From: Candidatus Avispirillum sp.
GTDB taxonomy: Bacteria; Bacillota; Clostridia; Oscillospirales; CAG-272
Reading direction: 5' to 3'
Assembly (NCBI GenBank): GCA_045545335.1
Contig: JAZQAS010000027.1
Span: 1 to 50,819 of the forward strand
Length of the DNA: 50,819 nt
In this document: positions 1-6,948 of the stretch, one piece after another
How positions within the stretch are numbered: position 1 is the first letter of the stretch
Layout of the letters: the number at the start of each line of letters is the position of its first letter
Translations under genes and position numbers: made by a program
Notes under the pieces: model-generated
Database searches by the model: none
Seen by the model: only the letters and a program-made list of their open reading frames with translations
Told to the model about the DNA's origin: nothing

Positions 1-599
1 TATGTTTTGTAGCTTGCGGCGAGAAATCCAACACCGATAAACAATCAACCGAAGGCACAAATCAAAGCGAAAGCAATAGCACTGAGAACTCTATCACAAA
101 TACGCAATCAACTGAAAGTACAAACCAAAACGAAACTGATAACATCGAAAACACAGACCATAATACTGAATCAACCGAAAGTACAAACGAAAACGAAACT
201 GATAGCATCGAAAACACAGACCATAATACTGAATCAACCGAAAGTACAAACGAAAACGGTACCAACAACCAAGAAATCGCCATTTTCAACACGAAAAACA
301 TTAAACGCATCACCTTCTATGCCTACTATGGTAACGGTAAAGGTAGCGATGTTCCTGCCGAACATTTAGATGAAATGATAGCTTGGCTCGATTCGTTTAA
401 GATTGATACCGATAGGGAGTTTCCCGATTTGGTTCCTCCTGGTACAAACACTATCCATGTAGAAATTGAGTATCTTGATGGAACTGTTGTTAAAGAAGGT
501 TTAGATACGGCAACTGTTGGCGGAATCACATACTACATAAAAGGTGACACCGCTCCCGAGTGCTATGAAGAAATTGTATCAAAGACAAGTTTGAATTAA
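1..599 (+). CDS. Lipoprotein-like secreted protein, 5' end cut by window edge; Thr/Glu/Ser/Asn-rich repeat linker plus C-terminal globular domain
   Basis: Frame from nt 3 is open to TAA 597-599. Translation starts ..CFVAC/GEKSNTDKQ (lipobox-like FVAC), then TESTNxNETDxIENTDHN repeats, then ITFYAYYGNGKGSDVPAEHLDEMIAWL... The ORF track lists only the Met-initiated tail 375-599. Confidence 0.6.
   Translation, partial: CFVACGEKSNTDKQSTEGTNQSESNSTENSITNTQSTESTNQNETDNIENTDHNTESTESTNENETDSIENTDHNTESTESTNENGTNNQEIAIFNTKNIKRITFYAYYGNGKGSDVPAEHLDEMIAWLDSFKIDTDREFPDLVPPGTNTIHVEIEYLDGTVVKEGLDTATVGGITYYIKGDTAPECYEEIVSKTSLN
108..257 (+). repeat. 63-bp in-frame tandem repeat, two full units plus partial third
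   Basis: Units begin at 108, 171 and 234 (tcaacYgaaagtacaaacSaaaacgaaactgataRcatcgaaaacacagaccataatactgaa). Period 63 nt = 21 codons. Confidence 0.85.
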
Positions 600-813
600 C
601 GAATTGTATTTCCTTCTTTTGCGGATAGCACCACAGGCAAATATCAAAGGTTGATAGGAGATTAATTTCCCTTGATTTACCCTTGAATTTCGAACAAGCT
701 TCTGCTTTTCGTAAAGCAAATGGTGAATATGTAAGGAAAAATCAATGGAAAGATACCACTTTAACGGTGTATATCGACATTGATTAACAATAAAATATTT
801 AAAAGCGTATCAT

Positions 814-846
814 TAGCAATAGTGATACGCTTTTTCTATAAAAATC
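814..846 (+). terminator. Rho-independent terminator-like hairpin after a short remnant ORF
   Basis: gcgtatca (814-821) / tgatacgc (833-840) stem followed by ttttt. Preceded by a 34-codon ORF remnant ending ..NQWKDTTLTVYIDID*. Confidence 0.45.
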
Positions 847-885
847 CCCTCGAACATTTAAAATTCAATTACACAAAAGACCTGT

Positions 886-915
886 CCTACGGGTCTTTTC
901 TTTATTAGATCAATT
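886..915 (+). terminator. Second terminator-like hairpin
   Basis: aagacc / ggtctt stem with 9-nt loop, followed by ttttctttatt. Confidence 0.4.
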
Positions 916-1115
916 TCATTTCTTGTTTAGTAAAAAATCTTTTTCTTTAGCACCAAGTATTGTATGTAAACAAAGAAGGGGCGGCTATGCCACCCCTTCA
1001 AGGTATTTATTGAGCATTTCAGTCACAAGGCACCTGATAGCACCGTATCCTCAAATTATATTTCTCTATCTCACTATAAATCACATAATCCTTATCATAA
1101 GTTCGTCTTAGCATA

Positions 1116-1190
1116 GGGCGGCAAAACCGCCGCCCTTGAGCTGGTTATTCAGTTGTTTCAGTTGAAGACACAGAACTGTCCCCTGTCTTT
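1116..1190 (-). repeat. Cassette-junction element, copy A (conserved 47-mer 1135-1181 plus GC hairpin 1116-1135)
   Basis: Minus strand: GGACAGTTCTGTGTCTTCAACTGAAACAACTGAATAACCAGCTCAAG then GGGCGGCGG-TTTT-GCCGCCC. The 47-mer is identical to 3305-3351. Confidence 0.9.
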
Positions 1191-2083
1191 CCTATTTCTC
1201 TCTGTACCTCTACAGTCATCTTCGCGCTTTCGCAGGCTACTTTGACGTAAACGGTCTTACCAGAAATCCCTTCCAAAAGCATTTCTGTTTTTTCGTTTAT
1301 GTTTACCTCTCGGTAAAGCTTATTATCGATAAAAACAAATACTTCCATATTACCAGACTCAACAGTGTTAGTTATACAGAGCTTCATACTGTCGTCATCG
1401 GTCTTTGTAGCGTTTGCAATAAATATTCCACTAATGGAATGAGCTGAGTATCTTGTTTTATCATAGTCAACGCCTTTAAGCGATTTGTCGGCAATATCAG
1501 AAGATGAACCTTCAACTTCTAAGCCAAAAGCAAAGGCAGTGTTTTTGCTATAAAGCGCGTTAGCAATCTCCTCATCCGTTATACTGACTACGGAAAAATC
1601 ATCGGGACCGTTTGAATCTTCGATCGTTTTTTCGTTTGAAATCATGAAGGAGTATATTATTCTATAACAAGCAAACACGGTTACTACAATAGCAAAAATG
1701 ATATGAGGCACTATTATCAACGCTATTTTATGCCTCTTAACAAAGAGTTTAAACTTATCCATTGCAGTGCTTTGGCTGTTTTCATCATTTTTACCCTTCT
1801 GTGAAGCTTCTACTTGAAGATGAATAAAATACATATTTGTGAGAAAAAGAAGCAAAGCAGAAACTATAAAATTAAGGACAAGATGTTCTCCCGTCATTAT
1901 CACACCGTTTACAATAGTAATTACAATAGCTGAAATGAAAAAATTCAATCCATATTTTAACCAACTAAAAGCGGGAGCTTTTCTTTTTTGTAACTCAATA
2001 TATGTAACAATTGCAATAAACAAAGTAGACCAGAAAGGGATAAAGCTTATCCATTGCTGGATTTTTTGAAACTTAGATAACAT
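1145..2083 (-). CDS. Hypothetical membrane protein: about 5 N-terminal TM helices plus ~170-aa C-terminal soluble domain (immunity-like cassette)
   Basis: 312-aa ORF with ATG at 2083 preceded by AAAGGAG at 10-nt spacing. Hydrophobic segments run through residue ~150. Ends with DSSVSSTETTE encoded by the junction element. Confidence 0.65.
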   Translation of the reverse strand: MLSKFQKIQQWISFIPFWSTLFIAIVTYIELQKRKAPAFSWLKYGLNFFISAIVITIVNGVIMTGEHLVLNFIVSALLLFLTNMYFIHLQVEASQKGKNDENSQSTAMDKFKLFVKRHKIALIIVPHIIFAIVVTVFACYRIIYSFMISNEKTIEDSNGPDDFSVVSITDEEIANALYSKNTAFAFGLEVEGSSSDIADKSLKGVDYDKTRYSAHSISGIFIANATKTDDDSMKLCITNTVESGNMEVFVFIDNKLYREVNINEKTEMLLEGISGKTVYVKVACESAKMTVEVQREIGKTGDSSVSSTETTE

Positions 2084-2130
2084 AATGAGGTTGCTCCTTT
2101 ATACGATCTATATCCAAGTCGAACGATACA

Positions 2131-2229
2131 CCCATACCAGTTGGTAGGATTACCAAGCTCGTCGTATTCGATCTCCTCACCCCAATATGAGGTAAGCAGG
2201 TCTGCCCACGTGCAGATTCTATCAACCCT
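2131..2229 (-). pseudogene. Isolated RHS/YD-repeat fragment (about 33 codons)
   Basis: Translation RVDRICTWADLLTSYWGEEIEYDELGNPTNWYG matches the ..LTSY.G..I.YD..GNP...Y.G YD-repeat pattern of Firmicute RHS/WapA-type proteins. No start codon or RHS core around it. Local GC is higher than the island. Confidence 0.6.
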
Positions 2230-2285
2230 CATCCACCGCCCTTCGGCGGTCCCCCTTCCCCCCAATCATGGGGGAAGGCCTTACT

Positions 2286-2345
2286 GGGCGGCGGGGTTGC
2301 CGCCGCCCTTGGGTCAGTTATTCAGTAGTTTCACTTGAACCCCAA
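2286..2345 (-). repeat. Cassette-junction element, copy B (diverged, with hairpin 2286-2308)
   Basis: Minus strand GTTCAAGTGAAACTACTGAATAACTGACCCAAGGGCGGCGG-CAAC-CCCGCCGCCC aligns with copy A. Lies just after the stop of the 2365-2742 gene. Confidence 0.8.
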
Positions 2346-2364
2346 ATTCTTTCCCTGTCATTTG

Positions 2365-2742
2365 CTAAGAAAAAGTAGATAAAATCAAATTATATCGGGA
2401 AACAAATCTTTCTGATTCATACAGTTCAAGCGTACTTGTATCGAAAACTAATTTGTAGGTGATGTCTGTTTTTGGCAATGCATTCTTCCCATCAAAAAAA
2501 GCAATGTTTTCATCAACAAAAAATGCTCCGCAACACAATGTGCTGGTTTTGTCTTTTGCCTCTTTTGTAAATGTGATCTGATCGTTTTTATAATATTTTA
2601 CATACAGGTACTCACTTTCGTTTTCATAAACCTCAAATTTCCATACATACCGTTCTCTATAAAAATATGTGCCGAAACCGATTAAGCAAATAATTGTAAA
2701 CAGCAATAATACTGACAATATGATTATAAACTTGTTAGTCAT
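2365..2742 (-). CDS. Hypothetical single-TM small protein (125 aa)
   Basis: ATG at 2742 preceded by TAGGAGAG. N-terminal helix MTNKFIIILSVLLLFTIICLIGFGTYF followed by a soluble domain. The TTG start at 2799 in the ORF track is unlikely. Confidence 0.6.
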   Translation of the reverse strand: MTNKFIIILSVLLLFTIICLIGFGTYFYRERYVWKFEVYENESEYLYVKYYKNDQITFTKEAKDKTSTLCCGAFFVDENIAFFDGKNALPKTDITYKLVFDTSTLELYESERFVSRYNLILSTFS

Positions 2743-2819
2743 ATCGAACTCTCCTAATCGGTCGAAAATATTTATACGGAGCAACGGTGGTATGTCCAAC
2801 TTGTATAGAATCTGTTACA

Positions 2820-2876
2820 CCGCCGCCGGCCTTTGGTAGTTATTTATCTGTTTTGCCCTAAGACACAGAAGCGTTT
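2820..2876 (-). repeat. Cassette-junction element, copy D (diverged, second hairpin arm missing)
   Basis: Minus strand GCTTCTGTGTCTTAGGGCAAAACAGATAAATAACTACCAAAGGCCGGCGGCGG aligns with copy A. Supplies the last codons ..ASVS* of the 2858-3286 gene. Confidence 0.7.
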
Positions 2877-3286
2877 CCTGCCTTTGCTCCCGTTCTTCTT
2901 ATTTTCGCGTGAACATAACCCCTTGCGATCAAAAAGACAAGCTGGATAACACAAGTAATTGATATGTGTATTATTTGGGTTGTTTCCATTTGGCCGTACT
3001 CTATCGAAGTTACTACAACGTTGATTAAATAAAACGATATGTACGTTAATGTTGTTACACCAAAAACAATACAATCATAGATAAATAATGCTTTAGCGTG
3101 CTTATGCTTTCCGTTTTTTAAAAAGTCTTTGTAATAGATATATGAATCAATACATATATACAAGATCAAAAGCAACGGAATTATGTATCTGAAAGGAGAA
3201 TCCTCAGGAAAAAAAGAGCGTATCATCGTACCCGTGAAGAATAAATATCCAAATGCAACGTAATGCAGAAATATAAATATTTTCAT
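2858..3286 (-). CDS. Hypothetical 4-TM small membrane protein (142 aa)
   Basis: ATG at 3286 with GGAGAG RBS 28 nt after the stop of the upstream gene. Strongly hydrophobic, AT-rich codons. Confidence 0.6.
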   Translation of the reverse strand: MKIFIFLHYVAFGYLFFTGTMIRSFFPEDSPFRYIIPLLLILYICIDSYIYYKDFLKNGKHKHAKALFIYDCIVFGVTTLTYISFYLINVVVTSIEYGQMETTQIIHISITCVIQLVFLIARGYVHAKIRRTGAKAGNASVS

Positions 3287-3304
3287 CGCGTTTTTCTCTC
3301 CGTT

Positions 3305-3362
3305 CTTGAGCTGGTTATTCAGTTGTTTCAGTTGAAGACACAGAACTGTCCACTATCTTTGC
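3305..3362 (-). repeat. Cassette-junction element, copy C (47-mer 3305-3351 identical to copy A; no hairpin)
   Basis: cttgagctggttattcagttgtttcagttgaagacacagaactgtcc is identical at 1135-1181 and 3305-3351. Downstream it runs straight into the RBS of the next gene. Confidence 0.9.
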
Positions 3363-3800
3363 GGTCTGTCTCTTTACCAGACACATTCTTGTACCGATAA
3401 ACAAGCCTCCCACAACTATGTCTATTAACGTACTGATAGCTATAAACGGTAGCGCTTGCGCAAAGGTATCACCTTCTAAAGAAACAGAAACACTAAACAC
3501 AATAAACAATATGCTTAATGCAATGAAATATAAAAACAACAATGAGTCAATTATCATAAAGAGCCGGACAGTAATCTTACGTGTTGATCTACTGATAAAA
3601 TACTTGATTGCAAAGTAATCCACAAAAATATAAATCAATGTTGCCAATTGTATTAAAATAGCTTCTAAATATGACAGTTCACCTATTATATCTACTTCAC
3701 CAATAAAAAATGCAGAATGATAGAAAAAGAATGCAAATAATATTGTATGAAAAAAGAAATATAAAAACCTAATGCCATAAAATGTGATTTTATTTAACAT
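3315..3800 (-). CDS. Hypothetical 5-TM membrane protein (161 aa), immunity-like
   Basis: ATG at 3800 overlaps the stop of the upstream ORF (ATGTTAAATAA). Hydrophobic throughout. C-terminus ..VDSSVSSTETTE is shared with the 1145-2083 protein. Confidence 0.6.
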   Translation of the reverse strand: MLNKITFYGIRFLYFFFHTILFAFFFYHSAFFIGEVDIIGELSYLEAILIQLATLIYIFVDYFAIKYFISRSTRKITVRLFMIIDSLLFLYFIALSILFIVFSVSVSLEGDTFAQALPFIAISTLIDIVVGGLFIGTRMCLVKRQTAKIVDSSVSSTETTE

Positions 3801-4158
3801 ATTTGCGACCTTCCCAAAATATTATTTCAGGCCTGGTGGATATCATTTCATTTCTTGTATTATTAAAATTAGCGTATCCATTTTCAGGCATATTATATCC
3901 AGATGCTATTTCTCCAGCTTCTACTATGTCGACTGCTGCTTTATAACTATTTGAATAATCTCCCTTCAATATAGTTGCATAATCGTAACCTGATTTATAT
4001 TGGTTACTGGCATTTACACTCTGTAAAATGCTTTCTTCTGTTAATTCACCACTATAATCAAATTCTTTTAACCAAGTTTTTAATGGTACATCTTTATGGC
4101 TAAAAAAACTATGTAGAAGATTTGAAATTCCATCGGCCCCCAGTAAAAATGATACCAA
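3790..4158 (-). CDS. Orphan soluble ORF (122 aa), possibly the 3' remnant of a larger toxin-like gene
   Basis: Only a TTG start, 1 nt after GGAG (poor spacing), and no ATG. An adjacent out-of-frame peptide ..RYDENGDWYHFYWG would fuse in frame if the G5 run (C-run 4137-4141 on +) gained one base. Its 11-nt overlap with the downstream membrane-protein gene is typical of toxin/immunity coupling. Confidence 0.35.
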   Translation of the reverse strand: MVSFLLGADGISNLLHSFFSHKDVPLKTWLKEFDYSGELTEESILQSVNASNQYKSGYDYATILKGDYSNSYKAAVDIVEAGEIASGYNMPENGYANFNNTRNEMISTRPEIIFWEGRKYVK

Positions 4159-4214
4159 TCTCCGTTTTCATCGTAGCGGCTACGGAGATAGCAGAATATT
4201 CTATCCGCATTTTC

Positions 4215-4243
4215 ATTATATCATTAGAATTTGTATTTGTCAA
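4215..4243 (-). promoter_or_regulatory. Near-consensus sigma-70/SigA promoter driving the cassette array
   Basis: Minus strand TTGACA (4243-4238), 17-nt spacer, TATAAT (4220-4215). Confidence 0.6.
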
Positions 4244-4357
4244 CCCGAGCGCGCGCGCTGTTTGGGCGAAAAAAGCGATCTTTCGGTCAGCGTTTATATT
4301 AATTGCATTATAAATCTAATCTTTTGCAACTGCACTGCAAACAGGCAACCATCAATC

Positions 4358-4387
4358 AAAAGCCACTCTTCGGAGTGGCTTTTTTAT
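4358..4387. terminator. Bidirectional terminator-like hairpin at island border
   Basis: agccactc-ttcg-gagtggct (4361-4380), with tttttt after it on + and an A-run before it. Confidence 0.5.
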
Positions 4388-4532
4388 TTCATTTTGTAAA
4401 TCCGAGGAGCTATTTTGTCAGATACTGTTCCATTTTGGAATTAATGTGATATAATATACAAAAATTATTGAGGAAATAACGTTGGCTACCAAGGAAAATA
4501 TCATATACTTTAACGACGAGGAGTTCGCCTTT

Positions 4533-5507
4533 ATGAAAAAGATAATATTTGCGGCCGTTGCTGTTTTTGTTGTTCTCGCGTCACTTTCGGGTTGCGCAAG
4601 GAACGCTCCGAAGGGAGACCCCGATTTTGACCTTTCCGGCCTGGATTTTGTGAATACAGACTGGGAACGCCACACCGGCTCCTGCACTGAGACCATATAT
4701 TTTAACGACGACGGAAATTGCGGCTACTACTGCGCCTGCGGCAACCCCGTAAACGACGACGATCTCTGCGAGGGATATTCCTACGACCCCGAAACCGAGA
4801 CTATTCATCTTGACTTTCCCTCCTCTGTCAAGGGCGTAGTAAGAGAGATAGCAGTTAAAAGCTGCGACGGCGAGACTTTGGTGCTTGACTTTGAGGGCGA
4901 CGTACGCACCTTTGAAAAAGCACCGGACGACGAAGGGGATGACGAAGGACCCCAGGCCGGAGACGCTATTTCATACAAAGAAGAGACCTACACCTATCTC
5001 GAATTCCCCGCCGATATCTTCTGCTACGATCTTACAAAAGGACTTGAGAATTACGAGGAGGACGAGTTCTACCCCGTGGATCACGAAAAGTGGGATATCA
5101 TTTTTTACAACGGAGATCTTTTCGTGCTCTCATCTCAGGCCGAAGAAGCTATAGAATATTACAGCGACCGCGCAAGCTATACCTGGTCAGTTATTATTTA
5201 CGACCCCAACGACGACCCCTGCGGACCTTACCCTCTCACCGTAAGTGACGGGGAAAGCGACTTTATTTACGGAATGGAGGAGCTTGAGCGCGACAAGACT
5301 CTTGCCTTTGACGATATAGAGAGCTTTGCTTCTCTCGTTAAGATAAGCAAGGACGGCTTTATCTCCGGTACTGCAAGCCTTGCAGGACGCGACGGCGTTT
5401 GGTACTGGCGCTCGGAGATCATAGACGACACCGCCGAAGGCTGGCCCGAATACGTCGTTCCCCTTCCCGAGGCTGTTATCACTCAGATAAACGGCCTTTG
5501 CAAATAA
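4533..5507 (+). CDS. Hypothetical lipoprotein (Asp/Glu-rich)
   Basis: ATG 4533 after GAGGAG. Signal peptide MKKIIFAAVAVFVVLASLSGC has lipobox LSGC. GC-rich codon usage like the core genes. Confidence 0.75.
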   Translation: MKKIIFAAVAVFVVLASLSGCARNAPKGDPDFDLSGLDFVNTDWERHTGSCTETIYFNDDGNCGYYCACGNPVNDDDLCEGYSYDPETETIHLDFPSSVKGVVREIAVKSCDGETLVLDFEGDVRTFEKAPDDEGDDEGPQAGDAISYKEETYTYLEFPADIFCYDLTKGLENYEEDEFYPVDHEKWDIIFYNGDLFVLSSQAEEAIEYYSDRASYTWSVIIYDPNDDPCGPYPLTVSDGESDFIYGMEELERDKTLAFDDIESFASLVKISKDGFISGTASLAGRDGVWYWRSEIIDDTAEGWPEYVVPLPEAVITQINGLCK

Positions 5508-5535
5508 TAATTATAAAAAAGACTCGGAGGTGCTT

Positions 5536-6807
5536 ATGAAAGCAAGGCTCGGCGCAAAATTCTGGATAGCTCTCACCGTTTTCAGCCTCATCGGCCAGGT
5601 GGCCTGGGTGGTTGAAAATATGTATTTCAACGTTTTTATCTACAAGATGTTCTCCGCCGATGCTGCGGATATCTCCAATATGGTGGCTCTCAGCGCCGTT
5701 TGCGCGACCTTGACCACCGTTTTTATGGGCGCCCTCTCCGATAAGCTCGGCAAGCGCAAGCTCTTTATCTGCCTCGGATACGTGCTTTGGGGCATCTCCA
5801 TCTTCAGCTTCGTTCTTCTGAGAGAGGACTATATCTCCGCGGCCTTCTCAGGCGCTGTATCCGCCTGCTCCGTCGGCATCAGCCTGACTATCGTCCTCGA
5901 CTGCGTTATGACCTTCTTCGGCTCTACGGCCAACGACGCCGCCTTTAACGCCTGGCTCCCCGACTCCACCGACAAGACCAACCGCGGCGCCGCAGAGGGC
6001 ATCAACGCTATGATGCCTCTCGTCAGCATCCTCTGCGTTTTCGGCGGCTTTATGTTCTTCGATCTTGAGAAAAAGGAAAGCTGGAGCCTTATCTTCACCA
6101 TCATCGGCTCCGTTGTAACCCTCATCGGCATTCTCGGCTTTTTCATCATCAAGGAGCCTGCCGTAGCCCCCTCCAAGGACTCCTACATAGGCAACATCGT
6201 CTACGGCTTTCGCCCAAGGACCATTGGCCAAAACCCCGACCTCTATATCTGCCTTTTGGCCTTTATCATATTCAATATCTCCATCCAGATATTTATGCCC
6301 TACCTCATTATCTACTACGAGGTCTCTCTCGGTATGAGCGACTACGTTATCGTTATGGCGCCTGCCATCATCATTGCCTCCGCTGTTACCGCGCTTTGGG
6401 GCAGAGTTTACGACAAGAGGGGCTTTCGCTTCTCAGGCGTCTTCGCCGTCGGCGCTTTGCTTCTGGGCTACGCTGTCCTCTTTTTCACCCGCGCAAAGCT
6501 GCCCGTGTTTTTCGGCTCCCTCTTTATGATGAGCGGATACCTTGCGGGGATGGCGGTCTTCGGCGCGGCAATTCGCCATAACACCCCCGAGGGCGTTGCA
6601 GGCAGGCTTCAGGGCATTCGCATCTTTTCTCAGGTGCTGATCCCCGGCGTTGTCGGCCCGATGATCGGCAAAACCGTTCTGAAAAGCGCCGAGGTCATCA
6701 CAAACTCCGACGGCACTACCTCATTCGTTCCAAACGCCAACATATTCCTTGCCGCCGCTATCGCACTTATATTCGTCATCCCTGTGTTCTTTAAAAAGAA
6801 ATCGTGA
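5536..6807 (+). CDS. MFS-type transporter (about 12 TM)
   Basis: ATG 5536 lies 5 nt after GGAGG. Twelve hydrophobic segments with a central loop. GALSDKLGKRK after TM2 resembles the MFS loop motif. Confidence 0.65.
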   Translation: MKARLGAKFWIALTVFSLIGQVAWVVENMYFNVFIYKMFSADAADISNMVALSAVCATLTTVFMGALSDKLGKRKLFICLGYVLWGISIFSFVLLREDYISAAFSGAVSACSVGISLTIVLDCVMTFFGSTANDAAFNAWLPDSTDKTNRGAAEGINAMMPLVSILCVFGGFMFFDLEKKESWSLIFTIIGSVVTLIGILGFFIIKEPAVAPSKDSYIGNIVYGFRPRTIGQNPDLYICLLAFIIFNISIQIFMPYLIIYYEVSLGMSDYVIVMAPAIIIASAVTALWGRVYDKRGFRFSGVFAVGALLLGYAVLFFTRAKLPVFFGSLFMMSGYLAGMAVFGAAIRHNTPEGVAGRLQGIRIFSQVLIPGVVGPMIGKTVLKSAEVITNSDGTTSFVPNANIFLAAAIALIFVIPVFFKKKS

Positions 6808-6862
6808 TAAAAGTAACGGATACGCAAAAGCCTCCCAAATAGTCCTCCGAATATATAAGAAG

Positions 6863-6888
6863 AAAATCGCATCCTTTGATGCGATTTT
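6863..6888 (+). terminator. Terminator of MFS gene
   Basis: aaaatcgcatc / gatgcgatttt hairpin. Confidence 0.55.
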
Positions 6889-6912
6889 CAACAACAATTA
6901 TTCATTATTCAT

Positions 6913-6941
6913 TAAAAAAGCTCCTCTTTTCAGAGGAGCTT
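6913..6941 (-). terminator. Terminator of asnS
   Basis: agctcctc-ttttca-gaggagct hairpin followed on the minus strand by TTTTT. Confidence 0.65.
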
Positions 6942-6948
6942 TTCAATA

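Noticed and set aside
62-313. 83-aa minus-strand ORF with repeated SVLWSVFSMLSVSF.
   Set aside because: It is the reverse-strand reading of the 63-bp tandem repeat. The plus-strand frame is open from the window edge, has a lipobox and continues into a globular domain.
920-1111. Small ORFs in the 600-1145 spacer: 923-1111 on the plus strand, and a 31-codon minus-strand ORF MLRRTYDKDYVIYSEIEKYNLRIRCYQVPCD.
   Set aside because: No RBS, no motifs, very AT-rich sequence. These are probably debris of former cassettes and cannot be supported as genes.
1116-3362. Integron attC interpretation of the cassette-junction element.
   Set aside because: I could not find RYYYAAC/GTTRRRY core sites at the element borders, and there is no intI-type integrase or attI in the window. 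Part of the element is coding in two copies. The cassette-exchange idea is kept as a hypothesis only, not as an integron call.
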